Below are positions 14,507 through 28,047 of a DNA stretch of 64,000 nt, piece by piece. A model generated the notes under the pieces. That model ran no database searches. It was given only the letters and a program-made list of their open reading frames with translations, and was not told the DNA's origin. The stretch is from Eledone cirrhosa (lineage: Eukaryota). The DNA lies in contig OZ024748.1 in the NCBI GenBank assembly GCA_964016885.1, positions 8,494,001-8,558,000 on the forward strand, given 5' to 3'. The translations under genes and the position numbers were made by a program. Position 1 is the stretch's first letter, and each line of letters starts with the position of its first letter.

Positions 14507-14640
14507 AATCGGTTTGGAACAATGGCAATACCGTGTTTGTGATAAACACGATATAGAAGTTATATATATATATATATATATATATAACTTCTATATCGTG
14601 TTTATAACAAACACGGTATTGTCATTGTTCCAAACCGATT
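14507..14640. repeat. 134-bp near-perfect palindrome centred on (TA)n
   Basis: AATCGGTTTGGAACAATGGCAATACCGTGTTTGTGATAAACACGATATAGAAGT-(TA)n-reverse complement, with 2 mismatches. Confidence 0.93.
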
Positions 14641-15255
14641 CTTATATATATATGTGTGTGTGTATATGGCAATAGCTGAAGTGGTCACTAAGGTAGAACT
14701 GATTCTTTCTTTCTTTCTCTCGGGAGCTCCTGACACCCCCCCCCCCCATATATATATGTCAATCTGTGGGCGCAGTTATCACATTTAAATATAGAATAGA
14801 AAGACATAACATCATAACGAGAAAATATTCAATGGAGTTACAGCAATGACATTGCAGATCGCATAAACGGGATAAATATAAAATTCATTTAGCTTTGTGG
14901 GATGATCTAATGAGTGCAAAGTAAATTCTAGCGATGTATTTCGCTTACTAAATAAGCAGAATATTAGAAAAAGAGTTAATAAAATATTGGTATAATTGAT
15001 TAGGTTTGTATACAGTATGGTGAGCTGAGTCCCAAGGCTTCGTAAAGAGCCTTTCTGTTGTTGGGTGTAAAGATAATTGCCCCCAACATGAAATAGGGCA
15101 GATTCAGTTATGTTAATCTCCCCAAGAAATATGTGAAATACACTTATAGATATCCATACTGTCACCCACGCATCTACACACACTACGCATACATATATAT
15201 GTTTGAGTACATTTCTATATACGTATGTATATATTCATATATTGTACATATGCAT

Positions 15256-15304
<49 letters not shown>

Positions 15305-15305
15305 A

Positions 15306-15345
<40 letters not shown>

Positions 15346-15493
15346 TAAATAGATATAGATATAGATAATAGTTATATAGATATTTAGATATAGATATATA
15401 GTGTGAGTGTATATACATATATATATGTGTGTATATATATATATAAATATATATATATAATATATATACATACATATATATATACGTATGTAT

Positions 15494-15550
<57 letters not shown>

Positions 15551-15760
15551 AAAATAAGTATATCTATAAATGTTACCTACACACTTTTAACGTATATATA
15601 CAATTACAATAGTTTTTGACAATTTTCTTTGAAGCCCCTAACATGGATATTGTTCATACGCGAATTCTTCATAGGATATATTACTTTTTTATCCTTTCTA
15701 TTTTCACTCTGACTTTGTATTCCTCCTTAATATTTAGAACCCCTTTCCGACCAACAAACT

Positions 15761-15903
15761 GACATCTATACACTAACATACATCTATACACCGGCATCTA
15801 TACACTAACATCTATACACTGGCATCTATACGCTAACATCTATACACCGACATCTATACGCTAACATCTATACACCGACATCTATACGCTAACATCAATA
15901 CAC
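15761..15903. repeat. 14-bp minisatellite (alternating variants, 28-bp dimer)
   Basis: Repeated CATCTATAC(A/G)C(T/C)(AA/GG/GA). Confidence 0.85.
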
Positions 15904-16662
15904 GCATATACACAGGCTTACATAGAAACAAAGCACAAACAATTTACATTGTTTAGCTTATCAACAAGACTCATTTTAATGGAATTATTTGATTGGAATA
16001 GAAAGCAAACTGAAAGCCTTTACAATTTGAAACTTTTTCTAATTAATGGATGTGTAGAAGGAAAAGCCCCACTGGCAACATACTGATCGGTCCTAGGAAA
16101 AATTAATACCTAATGTAAATAAAATCCCATCATTACTCTAAAACAGTTGGATTCAGTGTATAAACAAATGAAACAGTTCTGTTTTATCTCGTATTGTTTT
16201 AGTGGTTGATAACAATGTAATAATATTATCATTCTTTAGCAGGGCTTAGCTAACTTTAAACAACGTGTCCTATTCAAGCAGCCTACTTTCAAAAACTGAA
16301 TAAAGGTCAGAGGTTATTGGATATTTTACACATGTAACAAAGATATTGTTCTCCTAGTTTTGCGCATGGTTTTCGATAAACAAACGTGTAAAGAATAATT
16401 AGTAGAACTGACAGAAGTTTATCCATAATGTATTTATTACTTGCTTACACAGTCGCACACATGCATATTTATATTTTTACATATTTACACATAATTTAGC
16501 ATATTTACATATTCATATATATATTTACTGGTTTTTATTTACTTTTGTAGGGTTTTTACTTGATTTAGTGTTCATTCTTTTTAAAATCTACTTTTGATAC
16601 AGGATAACTCTGGGTGCATATTTTGAATGTATTAACAGGATTACTTAATCGTAAATACTACA

Positions 16663-16725
<63 letters not shown>

Positions 16726-16853
16726 TGTGTGTGTGTGTTTGTATATATATATAAGGATACGTATATATCTGTGTGCATATATGTATACATAAGTGTCTAG
16801 ATGTATCAATATCTCTATCTGTATAAATATGTTTGTATGTATCTATATATGTA

Positions 16854-16924
<71 letters not shown>

Positions 16925-16954
16925 AGATCAAAAGATGGTTAAAAGAGTTCCAAG

Positions 16955-17025
16955 TATTTTATTATGCGCATTTCAAAAACAAAGATCATCATGGGATGAT
17001 ATCTGCGTTCTCATCAGATAAAATA
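16955..17025 (-). ncRNA. Type-I hammerhead ribozyme motif (subfamily 1)
   Basis: Minus strand TATTTTAT-CTGATGA-[imperfect hairpin with ATCAT/ATGAT core]-GAA-ATGCGCAT-A-ATAAAATA. It has an 8-bp stem I, an intact core, a palindromic stem III and an AUA triplet; the base of stem II is degenerate. Confidence 0.75.
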
Positions 17026-17294
17026 GGGATACATGATATGAAGCTTAAAAATCACTTGTGAATAGTGAAGTTTTAAATCAACATATGAAAAATAATTTAA
17101 GATTGATGTATGAGATTGGGAAAAAGTGAGGGGGGGGGGGTTTGGAAAAGGTAAGGAAGAGGAAGAAATGAGAGTAAAGGATGGTGGGGAGGAGTATAAG
17201 AAGGAAGGATGAGAGAGGAGGAGAGATGTATATATATATATATATTTTATGTGTCTCTTGGGTTGAAAAGGAGGTCAAGTATGTTATAAATAAC

Positions 17295-17341
17295 TGCTCC
17301 GAAGAATCCAAACCTCGGTTTGGAGGAAACAATTGTAAGCA
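17295..17341 (+). ncRNA. Degenerate type-I hammerhead motif (U4C core change)
   Basis: TGCT-CCGAAGA-A-TCCAAAC-CTCG-GTTTGGA-G-GAA-ACAATTGT-A-AGCA, then AATAAA at 17342-17347 and (CT)n(TA)n. Confidence 0.65.
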
Positions 17342-17376
17342 AATAAATGACTTAAACTGAACTTTGATTACTGTAA

Positions 17377-17407
<31 letters not shown>

Positions 17408-17878
17408 GAATACATGTATATATATATATATATATATCTATTTATATGTACGTATGTGTATGTCTGAAAATAAAACCCACATATGATTCTATTTAGCCAT
17501 GTGTTTGTGTAATACAAATTTCTTAACAAATGTGAAACTGACAACATGTAAATTATTTTAGCATCATATAGAACCATGTTCTATATAACAATAGGCCGTT
17601 TATTTTTCTCTGCAACAAAGCATGGGCTTTAGTGTGGTTACTATGAACTGAAAACTTTGTTCGATGGATTTAATATATATATAACATGTACGTTGCTTAG
17701 GATATATATATATATATATATATACATATATACCAGGGAACGTACATATTATAAATATATATTAAAAGAGAAGAATGGATTTATTAGAGATTGTACCAAT
17801 ATATAAATATTGGTATGCTTTATATATACCAATATATAAAACATACCAATCACGAGTGAAGGCATTCTTATCTTTTTT

Positions 17879-17921
<43 letters not shown>

Positions 17922-18276
17922 TAAAATAACTATATACATATTTTGTATATAGTTCTGGACATGGATCCTTCTAGAGATATAGAGATAAATTACTTCTAGA
18001 TATCAACGGCGTCATCCCACAGACAGAAAGTGGGCAATAGGAAATAATAATTGGTTTTATATGCTCTGGTATTGTCATAAAGTAGACCCATAATATAAGG
18101 AGACCAGCCGAAAAAGTAATGAAATATAATTACATGCAATTAATACATTCTTGTTTATATTGTTAATATATTATATTGTTGTTGTAATTAAACAATATTA
18201 CAGGAGTAGTAATAAAATGTATAAACATAAACTTATAAAAAATATCAAGAAATTGATATATAACTGATGAGATTGC

Positions 18277-18536
18277 TCTGAATTGAGAGATCACAGTTCC
18301 GATACTATGGACATGTGGTTAGAATGGGGTCCTTCTGAAGGTCCTTTGGAGTAACGTTACTGGATAGTGGGCGTAGCTCGGAGATCAGAGAGTCGCTTCA
18401 GGTAGAGCTGCTTCGTCTCCGAATTAAGAGATCGCAGCCCCGATACTATGGGAATGTGGTTAGAAGTTCTCAGGCAATAATCCCTGGATAGATTTTACGG
18501 GCAAAACCAACCGGCAGGAGACCAATGGGTAGACCC
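18277..18536 (+). mobile_element. RTE-clade LINE fragment (Expander/Rex3-like ORF C-terminal region) with short internal duplication
   Basis: 18348-18536 translates GVTLLDSGRSSEIRESLQVELLRLRIKRSQPRYYGNVVRSSQAIIPG*ILRAKPTGRRPMGRP, matching the RTE pattern 'RSSxIRExLxVEPLLLRIERSQLRWxGHxxRM...PTGRRPxGRP'. IERSQFRYYGHVVRM is repeated just upstream. Confidence 0.85.
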
Positions 18537-18683
18537 ACCCTGAGTAAGACGTAAGTAAGTAATTTTAATTCAGTAAACATTAAAGATAAAGATACATCTA
18601 TTGAATGTATATACGGAAGATATATGGATGTAAATATAGAATTCTATTCCCTAAAATACCAGCCATTAACTCTGAGAAATAAT

Positions 18684-18837
18684 ATTTTTTTTCTATTTTA
18701 GGCACAAGTACATTACTGGTACTTTATTTTATCGACCCCGTAAGGATGAAAGGCAAAGTTAACCTCGGCCGGATTTGAACTCAGATTGTAAAGGGGCGTA
18801 ACTATGCTGGAAAGCATGGCGTCCGACCCTCTACCGA
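18684..18837 (-). mobile_element. SINE family A, 11-bp TSD
   Basis: Family A body and B-box. TSD TGAGAAATAAT at 18673-18683 and 18838-18848. Confidence 0.88.
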
Positions 18838-20659
18838 TGAGAAATAATGCAAAATATTTATGCCTACTTTGAAACTTAGAAAGTGTTAGTTACTGATACG
18901 ATTTTCATGACTTTTTATAATTACTGACACACATAGTTGCACCGATAACAAGACTTGATTGACAAATCAACCAAAGCTATCTTATATCAACATTACATTT
19001 GTCTTTCATCATAATTTTCAGATTCAGTATATTTTCTTTCTGTATCTAATTAGATTGTCTAAAATTAAGAACAATGTTTTGATTGTGTAACGAAGCAAAT
19101 TCTATACAGTTGTTCTTCAACAACACACATGTGTTTAACAGATAATTTAATCTCAGTAAATCTGTTAATTCCTATCATTCTTATGTTTATTTGTTAGTCG
19201 CTTCAGGTTTTTTTCAATCGTCATTAAGCAGACAAGATCAGCTAAGCAGATGCTGTAAGGTATATATCTCCTCCAGCACCACTATATTACTCGTCAGAAA
19301 TAACTGAATACTTCATGTCTGATCATTAAATGCCCCTAACTATATAAACATACACATTAAAGAATCTCTAGTATGTAGGTTTAAATATGTGATTTCTGAG
19401 CTTTTCTTTTGATTTTGTTACTCTATTGAATTCCGTGGAATATTGCCCCAAGTGATAGCAATTAAAACAAACTATTGTTAATAGGTGTTAGCCGAAGTTT
19501 GCTGCTTTCTATGGTGGCGATAGGTTTTAAACACAACTCTGTAATTTACAGAAATTACAATTATATTTCGCCATTTCAACTGGAAGCGAATGTTGTAAAA
19601 GTGAAAGTGAATTCACTGGGAAGGCGTATAGATGTAGAAATAATAACATTGTCTTTTCGTTTGTCTAAGTGACATTAAAAGACTCACAAGCCCTACCCAT
19701 CATGGCCGATGGCTAAAAAGGTCATGGACTGGAATATTACGGAATGTCGAGAACAGTGGCATATTCATATTTATGTAGGGTGTATTTACACACACGCACA
19801 CACACACACACACGTATGTATGTATGTATATATGTATGTATGTATGTATGTATGTACGGATGCATGTGTAAATATGGATAATGAAATATGTTTTCAAGAA
19901 ATAATTCGGTTTATGTTTGTATGCAGAAATCTTTAACAACGTTACTAGGAACATCCATGTTTTTGTATGTATGTGTGTGTGCATGTGTATGTATGAGTGT
20001 GTATGTGTATATGTGTGTGTATGTATGAGTGAGTATGTGTATGTATGAGTGTGCATGTGTATATGTGTGTGTATGTATGAGTGAGTATGTGTATGTATGA
20101 GTGTGCATGTGTATGTGTATGTATGAGTGTATATGTGTCTGTGTATGTTCAGGAATAAAAGGTTAGCAAATATATATATATATATATATATATATCAGTT
20201 AATAAATCCGTTATTGTATGTCTATCATTATATGTTATTGATGATGTCAGAAGAAAATTATGAAATAAATAGCTAGCTTCATGTTTTATATATTGTATCC
20301 CTAAATAATGATATTTACCTTCATTACTAATCACTGTTTCAACATAGCAGGATGCCTGTTAGCCATTTCAAAGAAGCTGAAGTCGTGTTATCCTCTGTTT
20401 ACGATAATCAGTAGGTAAAGTTCCTCTACTTAGAAGCTCTCTCTTCGCAGCTTCTGAACCTCGGTCCTACAGCAATTATATATATATCCAGCACTTGTGA
20501 TGCCGAAAATAATATATAAGAAGACTAATAAATAGATGTTCTTTTATGTTGCTCCATCTTAAAGAAAATCACAATGTCTTTTGATATTTTGTAGATATAT
20601 ATTTTTTTATATTACTAATTTTGGTAAAAATGCCTGTGTTATAATAATTGATAATAAAA

Positions 20660-20745
20660 TATTGGGATTCAATGTAATCGACTAAATCCCTTGAAGGCTT
20701 TACCATTACCGCAGTCTAATGACTGAAACAAGTAAAAGAATCAAA
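20660..20745 (+). mobile_element. 3' fragment of a related SINE with a different tail
   Basis: Shares GG..TC.AT.TAATCGACT with the long family A variant but ends CCGCAGTCTAATGACTGAAACAAGTAAAAGA. Confidence 0.5.
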
Positions 20746-20850
20746 GAGTAAAAGGATATGTATACATATTCATACACACGTACATGTGCACCCGTGCAGC
20801 ATACACATTCAAACACACATACACATATAAGGGATTCTTTATAATAAATG

Positions 20851-20913
<63 letters not shown>

Positions 20914-21017
20914 CTCTCTCTCTCTCCCTGTTTCCGTCTCTTTCTCTCTCTTTATATATATATGTATATTGTGATTTTAGTCTTCAATTTTATTATTATT
21001 ACTATATATATATATAT

Positions 21018-21142
<125 letters not shown>

Positions 21143-23383
21143 TAGAGAGAAAGAAAGAGACGACAAAAGTTATTTTGAAAGAAACAAAAGTTATCACCTC
21201 TTTTCTGTTCATTATCAGTGTTGTGTGTTTTATTCACATTAATCTCGAATTAAGCATACGTTTTAGTGGTTAGAGAAACGAAACATGTGATGTTAGTAGA
21301 TACCCCCTCCGCTACCAGATGTACTTCTAGACCGATGTCCTGTTAAACTGTCATATAAAACACTACATCGATTTATCTCAGTTATATCGTCCTCATAGAC
21401 AATGTAGTCACTTATATACTGATATATACACAATTGCAATTATAGTTGTTGTCTTAGTGCGAGTTATTCTGTCGGAGTGAGTCTGTAATCTTAATTTTAT
21501 GTTCTAGGCTGATGGAGGTCTGTAGTGTAACTAATTTTTATATTTTTCTTATTGAAAAGTTTGTGGAAATTATAATCTTTATGTATTGTTTTTGTATATG
21601 GATGAGAAGAAACTACGCAGGACAAGTTGACTTGTGGGTTATTTAGATATTCGTATTGGAGTGAGGAGCTGTATGTTAAGGTGTTTTTGAAGTTGCTTTG
21701 TACAGGTAAAAAGTTGTACTCATACGCGAAATATTTCCTTCGTCAGAATAGAAGTTATTGCCTCGAGTGTTTGCTGATTACATTTTGTGTTATTTAAACT
21801 CGAGCTTTATATATGGAAGATGTTTATCCAGTTTTGTGCAGAGTTCATAAAATCTTCAGTTTAGTCTCAACTTTGTGATTAAGATGGTGAAGGATACCAT
21901 ATTTTTGTATAGACATTTTTAAGGTGGCTGTAATCTGTTTTTCTATTTAGCTTTTCTGTTGTTCCTCCACTGCGGCACCTCGAGAGAGTGTAGGTAATTT
22001 ATTTAATGTTTATTAAACCTCTTCGCGATAATTAGTAAGATTAAAGATCTGAGATGATGTCTCCTGATAAATTCTTTCGATGAGAAAACTAAAATCAGCA
22101 AGATCAGTCTAAGTTCAAATAACTTTAACCGCAAAAACGCGACGAAAAAGATGAGAGAAGTTTGTTAGAAAATACACAATTTTGTCCAGAAAGAGAAGTA
22201 ATGAAGATAGCGTTGACATTGACTTTAAAACAAATTAGAAAAGCTGGTAAAGAATAAATCATAAATGTCTGAAATACTACAGTAACAATGGATGTAAATG
22301 AGATATAGACAGTTAAAAAAACTGGTAGAGAACTGATGGAAACTAACTTACAAATTTCAATCTCGACAACAAAAAGAAAGCATGAACATGAAATATTTAG
22401 ACTAGTCACAGTTTTAATTTAGGTCATTCTTATAAGTGATAGTGGGTTTAGGAAGTATATGTGGAAATTCAGGAAATATATTTAGAGATTACAAAAAACC
22501 AAAAAACAAAACAAAAACAGTTAAAAAGAAATGACTGATGAATTCAAAAATTTACTTGCTACAATTTCTACTTGAAAATGTAATGTCACAATTTTTTCCA
22601 GGATACAATATTTATTGACATTTGTATGCTGTAATTCAATAAACACTCCCTTACCTCTCCACATTATATACAGAGGTAGATACATATGATAACAGGAGAA
22701 ATAGAAGAAGAAAGGGTGAGATAGAGAAAGAGAGAGAGAGAGGAAGGAGAGAAAGAAGGAGAAATGGAGAACACAAGTAAAGATTCATATACTTATTCTA
22801 AAAGAAAATGGATAAAAGATTCTAACTCCATATGAGTATCTGAGTGTCTGTGTGTCTCCGTGCCTATATATGTATGTATATACATAAATATATACATATA
22901 TAAATGCACACATACATCCATATATACGTACATATGCACACACATATTTATGAATGTGCGTCAATGCAAAAATACGCACAGATACACGTACTCACGCAAA
23001 CACACAAACACACAAACACAAATACACACACAAATACAGACACATAAACTCCACACGTATATATATAAATTATAGTAGATAAATTTAGTTAGTAAAATAT
23101 AAAAGATTAACATCACAGTCATTTCTATGAGGAGACATTTTACAATGAAATCAGAAAATATATGTTGATATGATAGAAGGGTCATAAAGAAATTAGATCA
23201 GATGATATTATTTACAGCTTTGTCTTGCTGAACATTATGATATGAAGTGTGTTTTGATCTCTACCACTATTGAAGGGGTTAATATCTTCATTTACTTGGG
23301 TCGGGTGTATACAAATATGGGAGTAGATATTATTTTACTGTAGGCATCGTATATATATATATATATATATATATAGTAATAAT

Positions 23384-23571
23384 TGTTTCTACTTTAGGCA
23401 CAAGGCCAGCAATAACCCAGTTCATTACTGGTACTTTATTTTATCGACCTCGTAAGGATGAAAGACAAAGTCAACCTCAGCGGGATTTGAACTCAGATCG
23501 TAAAAGGACGTAAGTATGGTGCAAAAAAATGGCGCCCGACCCTCTACCGATACTGCCAATCCACCGCCTGG
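23384..23571 (-). mobile_element. Full-length SINE family A, 11-bp TSD
   Basis: A and B boxes plus body. TSD ATAGTAATAAT at 23373-23383 and 23572-23582. Confidence 0.9.
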
Positions 23572-23579
23572 ATAGTAAT

Positions 23580-23835
<256 letters not shown>

Positions 23836-23911
23836 CAAAGGAAATGTCGTAAGGAACCTGATGGACCATAACCGACTAGAGTACTCAATACTTAGGGTAG
23901 TAGAGTGGGAA

Positions 23912-24032
23912 ATAGGAAAAAGTATGAGCCCCGACGGCAGAGCTCAAGCCGTTTCGACGGCTATTTCTGGACGTCCAGAAATAGCCGTCGAAACGGCTTG
24001 AGCTCTGCCGTCGGGGTCATACTTTTTCCTAT
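23912..24032. repeat. 121-bp GC-rich spacerless palindrome
   Basis: ATAGGAAAAAGTATGAGCCCCGACGGCAGAGCTCAAGCCGTTTCGACGGCTATTTCTGGAC|GTCCAGAAATAGCCGTCGAAACGGCTTGAGCTCTGCCGTCGGGGTCATACTTTTTCCTAT, with one 1-nt bulge. Confidence 0.95.
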
Positions 24033-24296
24033 ATATATATATATATATTTCTGATAAATATTTCAAGTAGAAACACGGACTAGCAATAACAAGGCAACAA
24101 CTATAGATAATGTTATATTTAGGGAGGATCACGTTGTCCTAATATTGCCAAAAATAAAAAGAATAGTAAAACACACTCACTGTTTGGCTTGGTTTTCACT
24201 TCAGTTCAGTGAATTATATTTATATAAATAATTTAGCTGGAAATCAATGTTTATCATTGATTGACCAACAGTTAAAAGAACATAGATATATAATTT

Positions 24297-24340
24297 ATCA
24301 AAGTTCTTTCGTTACACATTTCTGTGACATCTTCAGTGAT
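24297..24340 (-). ncRNA. Type-I hammerhead motif (subfamily 2, extra nucleotide after A9)
   Basis: Minus strand ATCA-CTGAAGA-T-GTCACA-GAAATG-TGTAAC-GAAAG-AA-CTT-TGAT; homologous to 29964-30006. Confidence 0.65.
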
Positions 24341-25693
24341 TATCACTGTGTTATAGTAGGTTTTGTTGCATATTATTATATATTAGAGAGTGAATCACCG
24401 TTGGGTTTGGGCTTACTTATAATTTTTAGATAATTAAATAATTAAGAAACACATTCTTCACAAATATAGTCAAGCAATGAAACACTCGTCAATGTTACAG
24501 TGCCTCTACCAGATGCTGCAACATTGTGCCGCACTCCACTGTAATTATCTCAAACCAGATGGACTGATTTTATAGTGAACTAGTTTAGACACATTTTAAA
24601 CAGCCGACTGCATGACACGAACCAATGATTCTATCGCTATTATATAGACTTTGTCTTCTAAGTTGAAAGGGTGAGGAAATAGTATAAACGAAAGAATTCT
24701 TAAGTGTTGTTTTTTTTCTATTATATAGTAAATTCGGTCTATACACAGTTCTGTATCAATGCCAATTCTCTTTGCATACAGATGATTATGACAGGGCTAT
24801 TCAACATGTTAAAGAAATTTAAATGATAAAAGAAATAATAAAAAATATGTATTTTTTTCAACTTTAGACTCTAGATTTGAATAAATGCAGTAATGCTGTT
24901 GCGAAAATGGAATAATTGAGTGATAGCTTCCGACAATAAAGCTATTGTTGTTAAATAATAAAGGCAAAAAACTAAGGGAAACAAGAAATGTTCAGAAACA
25001 CAGACCGAATTACAAAGGCAACTGTCACTATGCTAACAAAGTCAGTCGAAAAAGAATTTTCTTTTCTAAAAATTCGATCTCTATATTTTGGGTTGCAAAT
25101 CTTAATTATTATTGTTGGTGAATGTCATGTTTAATAAAAAAAAAAATATTGTTCGCTGGATTATTTAGGAAACACAGAGAAAAGAAAATAACAGTATTTG
25201 TTCTAGCTTGTATTTTTCTTTTCCTTGCTCTGTATAGAATCTTTCCGTTGTAACACCCGGCTTTATAGAGAGGATGGGTTACACAAATTTCTGTAAGAGG
25301 AATCCACAAAAATAACCAATTCTTAATTCTTTTGTTCTTCCTAAAACTTTCTTAAAGTTACTCAAAGCTTTTCTCATTGATCAAAGACATCAAATGTATA
25401 AGCATTGTTCGAAACTTACGGACAATTTTGTTTTTCCAGAAACGATAAAAGGATTAAAATAAAATTTAGAAAGAAGTTATTAAGAAATAATATAATTCTT
25501 CGTAGTTTCAATAATACGACTGCATGTTTCAAATAAGATAACCAGATAGGAGGGCAATGAAACAATGATATAAACAAGATTAAAATCAACAATATAAATA
25601 TATATATGCTCCTGTATGTGTCTATTGGGATTTTTGTGTGTTTGTACGTATATATATATATGTGTTTATTTGTATTTGTGTGTGTGTTTGTAC

Positions 25694-25780
<87 letters not shown>

Positions 25781-26574
25781 TATGATCAAAAGGAGACATC
25801 AGTAAAGATGGTAAACATTTTAGAGAATGTAAATGTAATGGTGCTCCAGGCTGCCAAAAACACCAATTGGCAGCAGGTGTTGCCTTAGCTATGGAACATT
25901 CTTTAAACTATTTGCTCCTCAAAGACTTTCTTTCAAATCGTGCCGCCAGCACCTAAGCTTAAATTAGACAAGTCTCATAAGAAAATGACGATTTCTTTAG
26001 TTTTGGAGTTTCAGTTCAAATTCATTTGCAAAACATTACTTCATTTTTCATTATTTGTTGAAAGTAATTTTCTTGTTTTTCGTTAATATATTATATATTA
26101 TATACAAACAGTAAGCATGTTTTTCTAAAAATTGATTTTTCTAAATTCTAATATTAAAACAGAGGATAATTTTCTAAAATTATCCACTGAAACCTGCTCA
26201 TGTTTCATCAATTATTCCGAAGTAAAATATATATAACATTGTTTTATCTACTGGGTACAGTATAAATACTTCAAAGGGCAAACAACTGTTTCAGGCAGAC
26301 AAAACAATATGATGTTATTCAGAGAGAAATCAACTTGTTACTAAAATATTTATTTTTAAATTAACAACACAAAATAAAGCAAAGTGTGACGAAAGAACTT
26401 TTACAAACGAATCAATAACGAGGAATGAAGGTAAAAATGAAGTGAAAATTATATGGAGCCTGTGTTTCTTTCTATTGGCAATGTTGGTAGCATGACCATC
26501 TCCAGATACAACAATATCGGTTTCAACACACGATTTCACACCAAGAATCTTGCAGAACAAATGTATAAACATAT

Positions 26575-26637
<63 letters not shown>

Positions 26638-26667
26638 TACATACATACATACATACATACATACATG

Positions 26668-26816
26668 GTGGCTGCCAACTCGTTTTCGAGTACGGCCACT
26701 ACTTTATATCCATGTAGGAGAACCCCTACCGAAGCGCTGAACGAGTGTGACTTTTTAGTCCAGCCAGCGACTTGAAAACTCTGGTACAAACACTACACTT
26801 GTGACAATTATTGACA
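26668..26816 (-). mobile_element. 5'-truncated copy of the RTE 3' end (zinc-finger tail) inside (CATA)n
   Basis: Near-identical to 12464-12612; translates VNNCHKCSVCTRVFKSLAGLKSHTRSALR*. Confidence 0.85.
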
Positions 26817-26828
26817 TACATACATACA

Positions 26829-26861
<33 letters not shown>

Positions 26862-26995
26862 CATATAGGGTGTGGTAAAAACTAGCTAGACCATAATCCA
26901 CCAGAGTACCCGATACTTGGGGTGGCGTATGAAAAGATGCGTTCAGATCTAGCTGTCGGATCGGAGCTCAACCGTCGCGGTCCTGAATATTTTCA

Positions 26996-27041
<46 letters not shown>

Positions 27042-27453
27042 TATATATGTGTATGTGTATGTGCGTGTTAGTGTATAAATGTATGTATGTATGTATAGTG
27101 ATAGTGAGAGTGAGAAAAAGGCCAAGAGTGGGAGGAACAATTTAATAAGGTAGAAAATACGGAGCAGTCAGTCGCAAAATTGTTTCTCTCATGTTCTACC
27201 ATATCTAAGTAGAAGTTGATAAATTAATTCCCAAATATAAGTTGCTAAAGCAGTAAAGCGGAAAGATGAAATCAATAACTTTGAAATCTTTCACTAAAGC
27301 TTTTATGACATGTAACTGTGGATTTCGTTTAATTTGGAAACAAAATGGTTTGGGTGGGGATATACAGACATACATACATATATATATATATGTGTGTGTA
27401 TATACTTACATATATATATGTATATATATATATGTGTGTGTGTATATATATAA

Positions 27454-27510
<57 letters not shown>

Positions 27511-27829
27511 TATATATGTATATATATGTATATATATAGATATATATAGGATAACAGAGAAAGAGAGGTAAGGAGAAGGAAGAAAAATGCGAGGAAAATG
27601 TAATAAAAACTAAAACTTTCGAAATAGCTCTGATTTAGATGATGTGCCCCTGTTTGTTTTTGGAGGAAAAATGTTTAAAGGGTGTTTTACGAAGTTTAGA
27701 ATAAAAAAAAAAATAGGAGATTATTTATTTGTTTATTAATTAAATAATTTATTAATTTATTATTGGCTTTGATACATTAACGCAACGTGGCCACAAGAAT
27801 TGACAGCATCGCACACTTGCCAATATGTT

Positions 27830-27985
27830 TGAACTGAATCGATTACGACAAGGTATCGAGCTGTTTGATCAACCGAATATTCTGCTGGTGTACTTAACGA
27901 CGTACAAGTATTCTACAAACACGACTGCCTTTAATGCAATTCTTAGGCGGTTCAGCGCGACATGGTGAGTGACAAGGCTGGTTCT
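27830..27985 (-). mobile_element. Old dispersed repeat fragment homologous to 35195-35350
   Basis: Reverse-complement similarity: CTTGTCAC...TC(A/G)CGCTGAA.C.CC...GAATT...GTTGATC.AACA...CTT.T..TCG. Confidence 0.55.
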
Positions 27986-28047
27986 TCGAAAGACGGCTAT
28001 AATTTCTTATTGATAATTGGCTGGACTAGAGTAATTCGAAATAATGT

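Noticed and set aside
18262-18300. CTGATGAGAT...GATC as a hammerhead
   Set aside because: No GAAA after the putative stem II; it overlaps the RTE fragment.
21430-22500. Possible decayed retroelement ORF
   Set aside because: Higher-complexity sequence, but my translations show multiple stops and no recognisable RT or endonuclease motif; needs tBLASTx.
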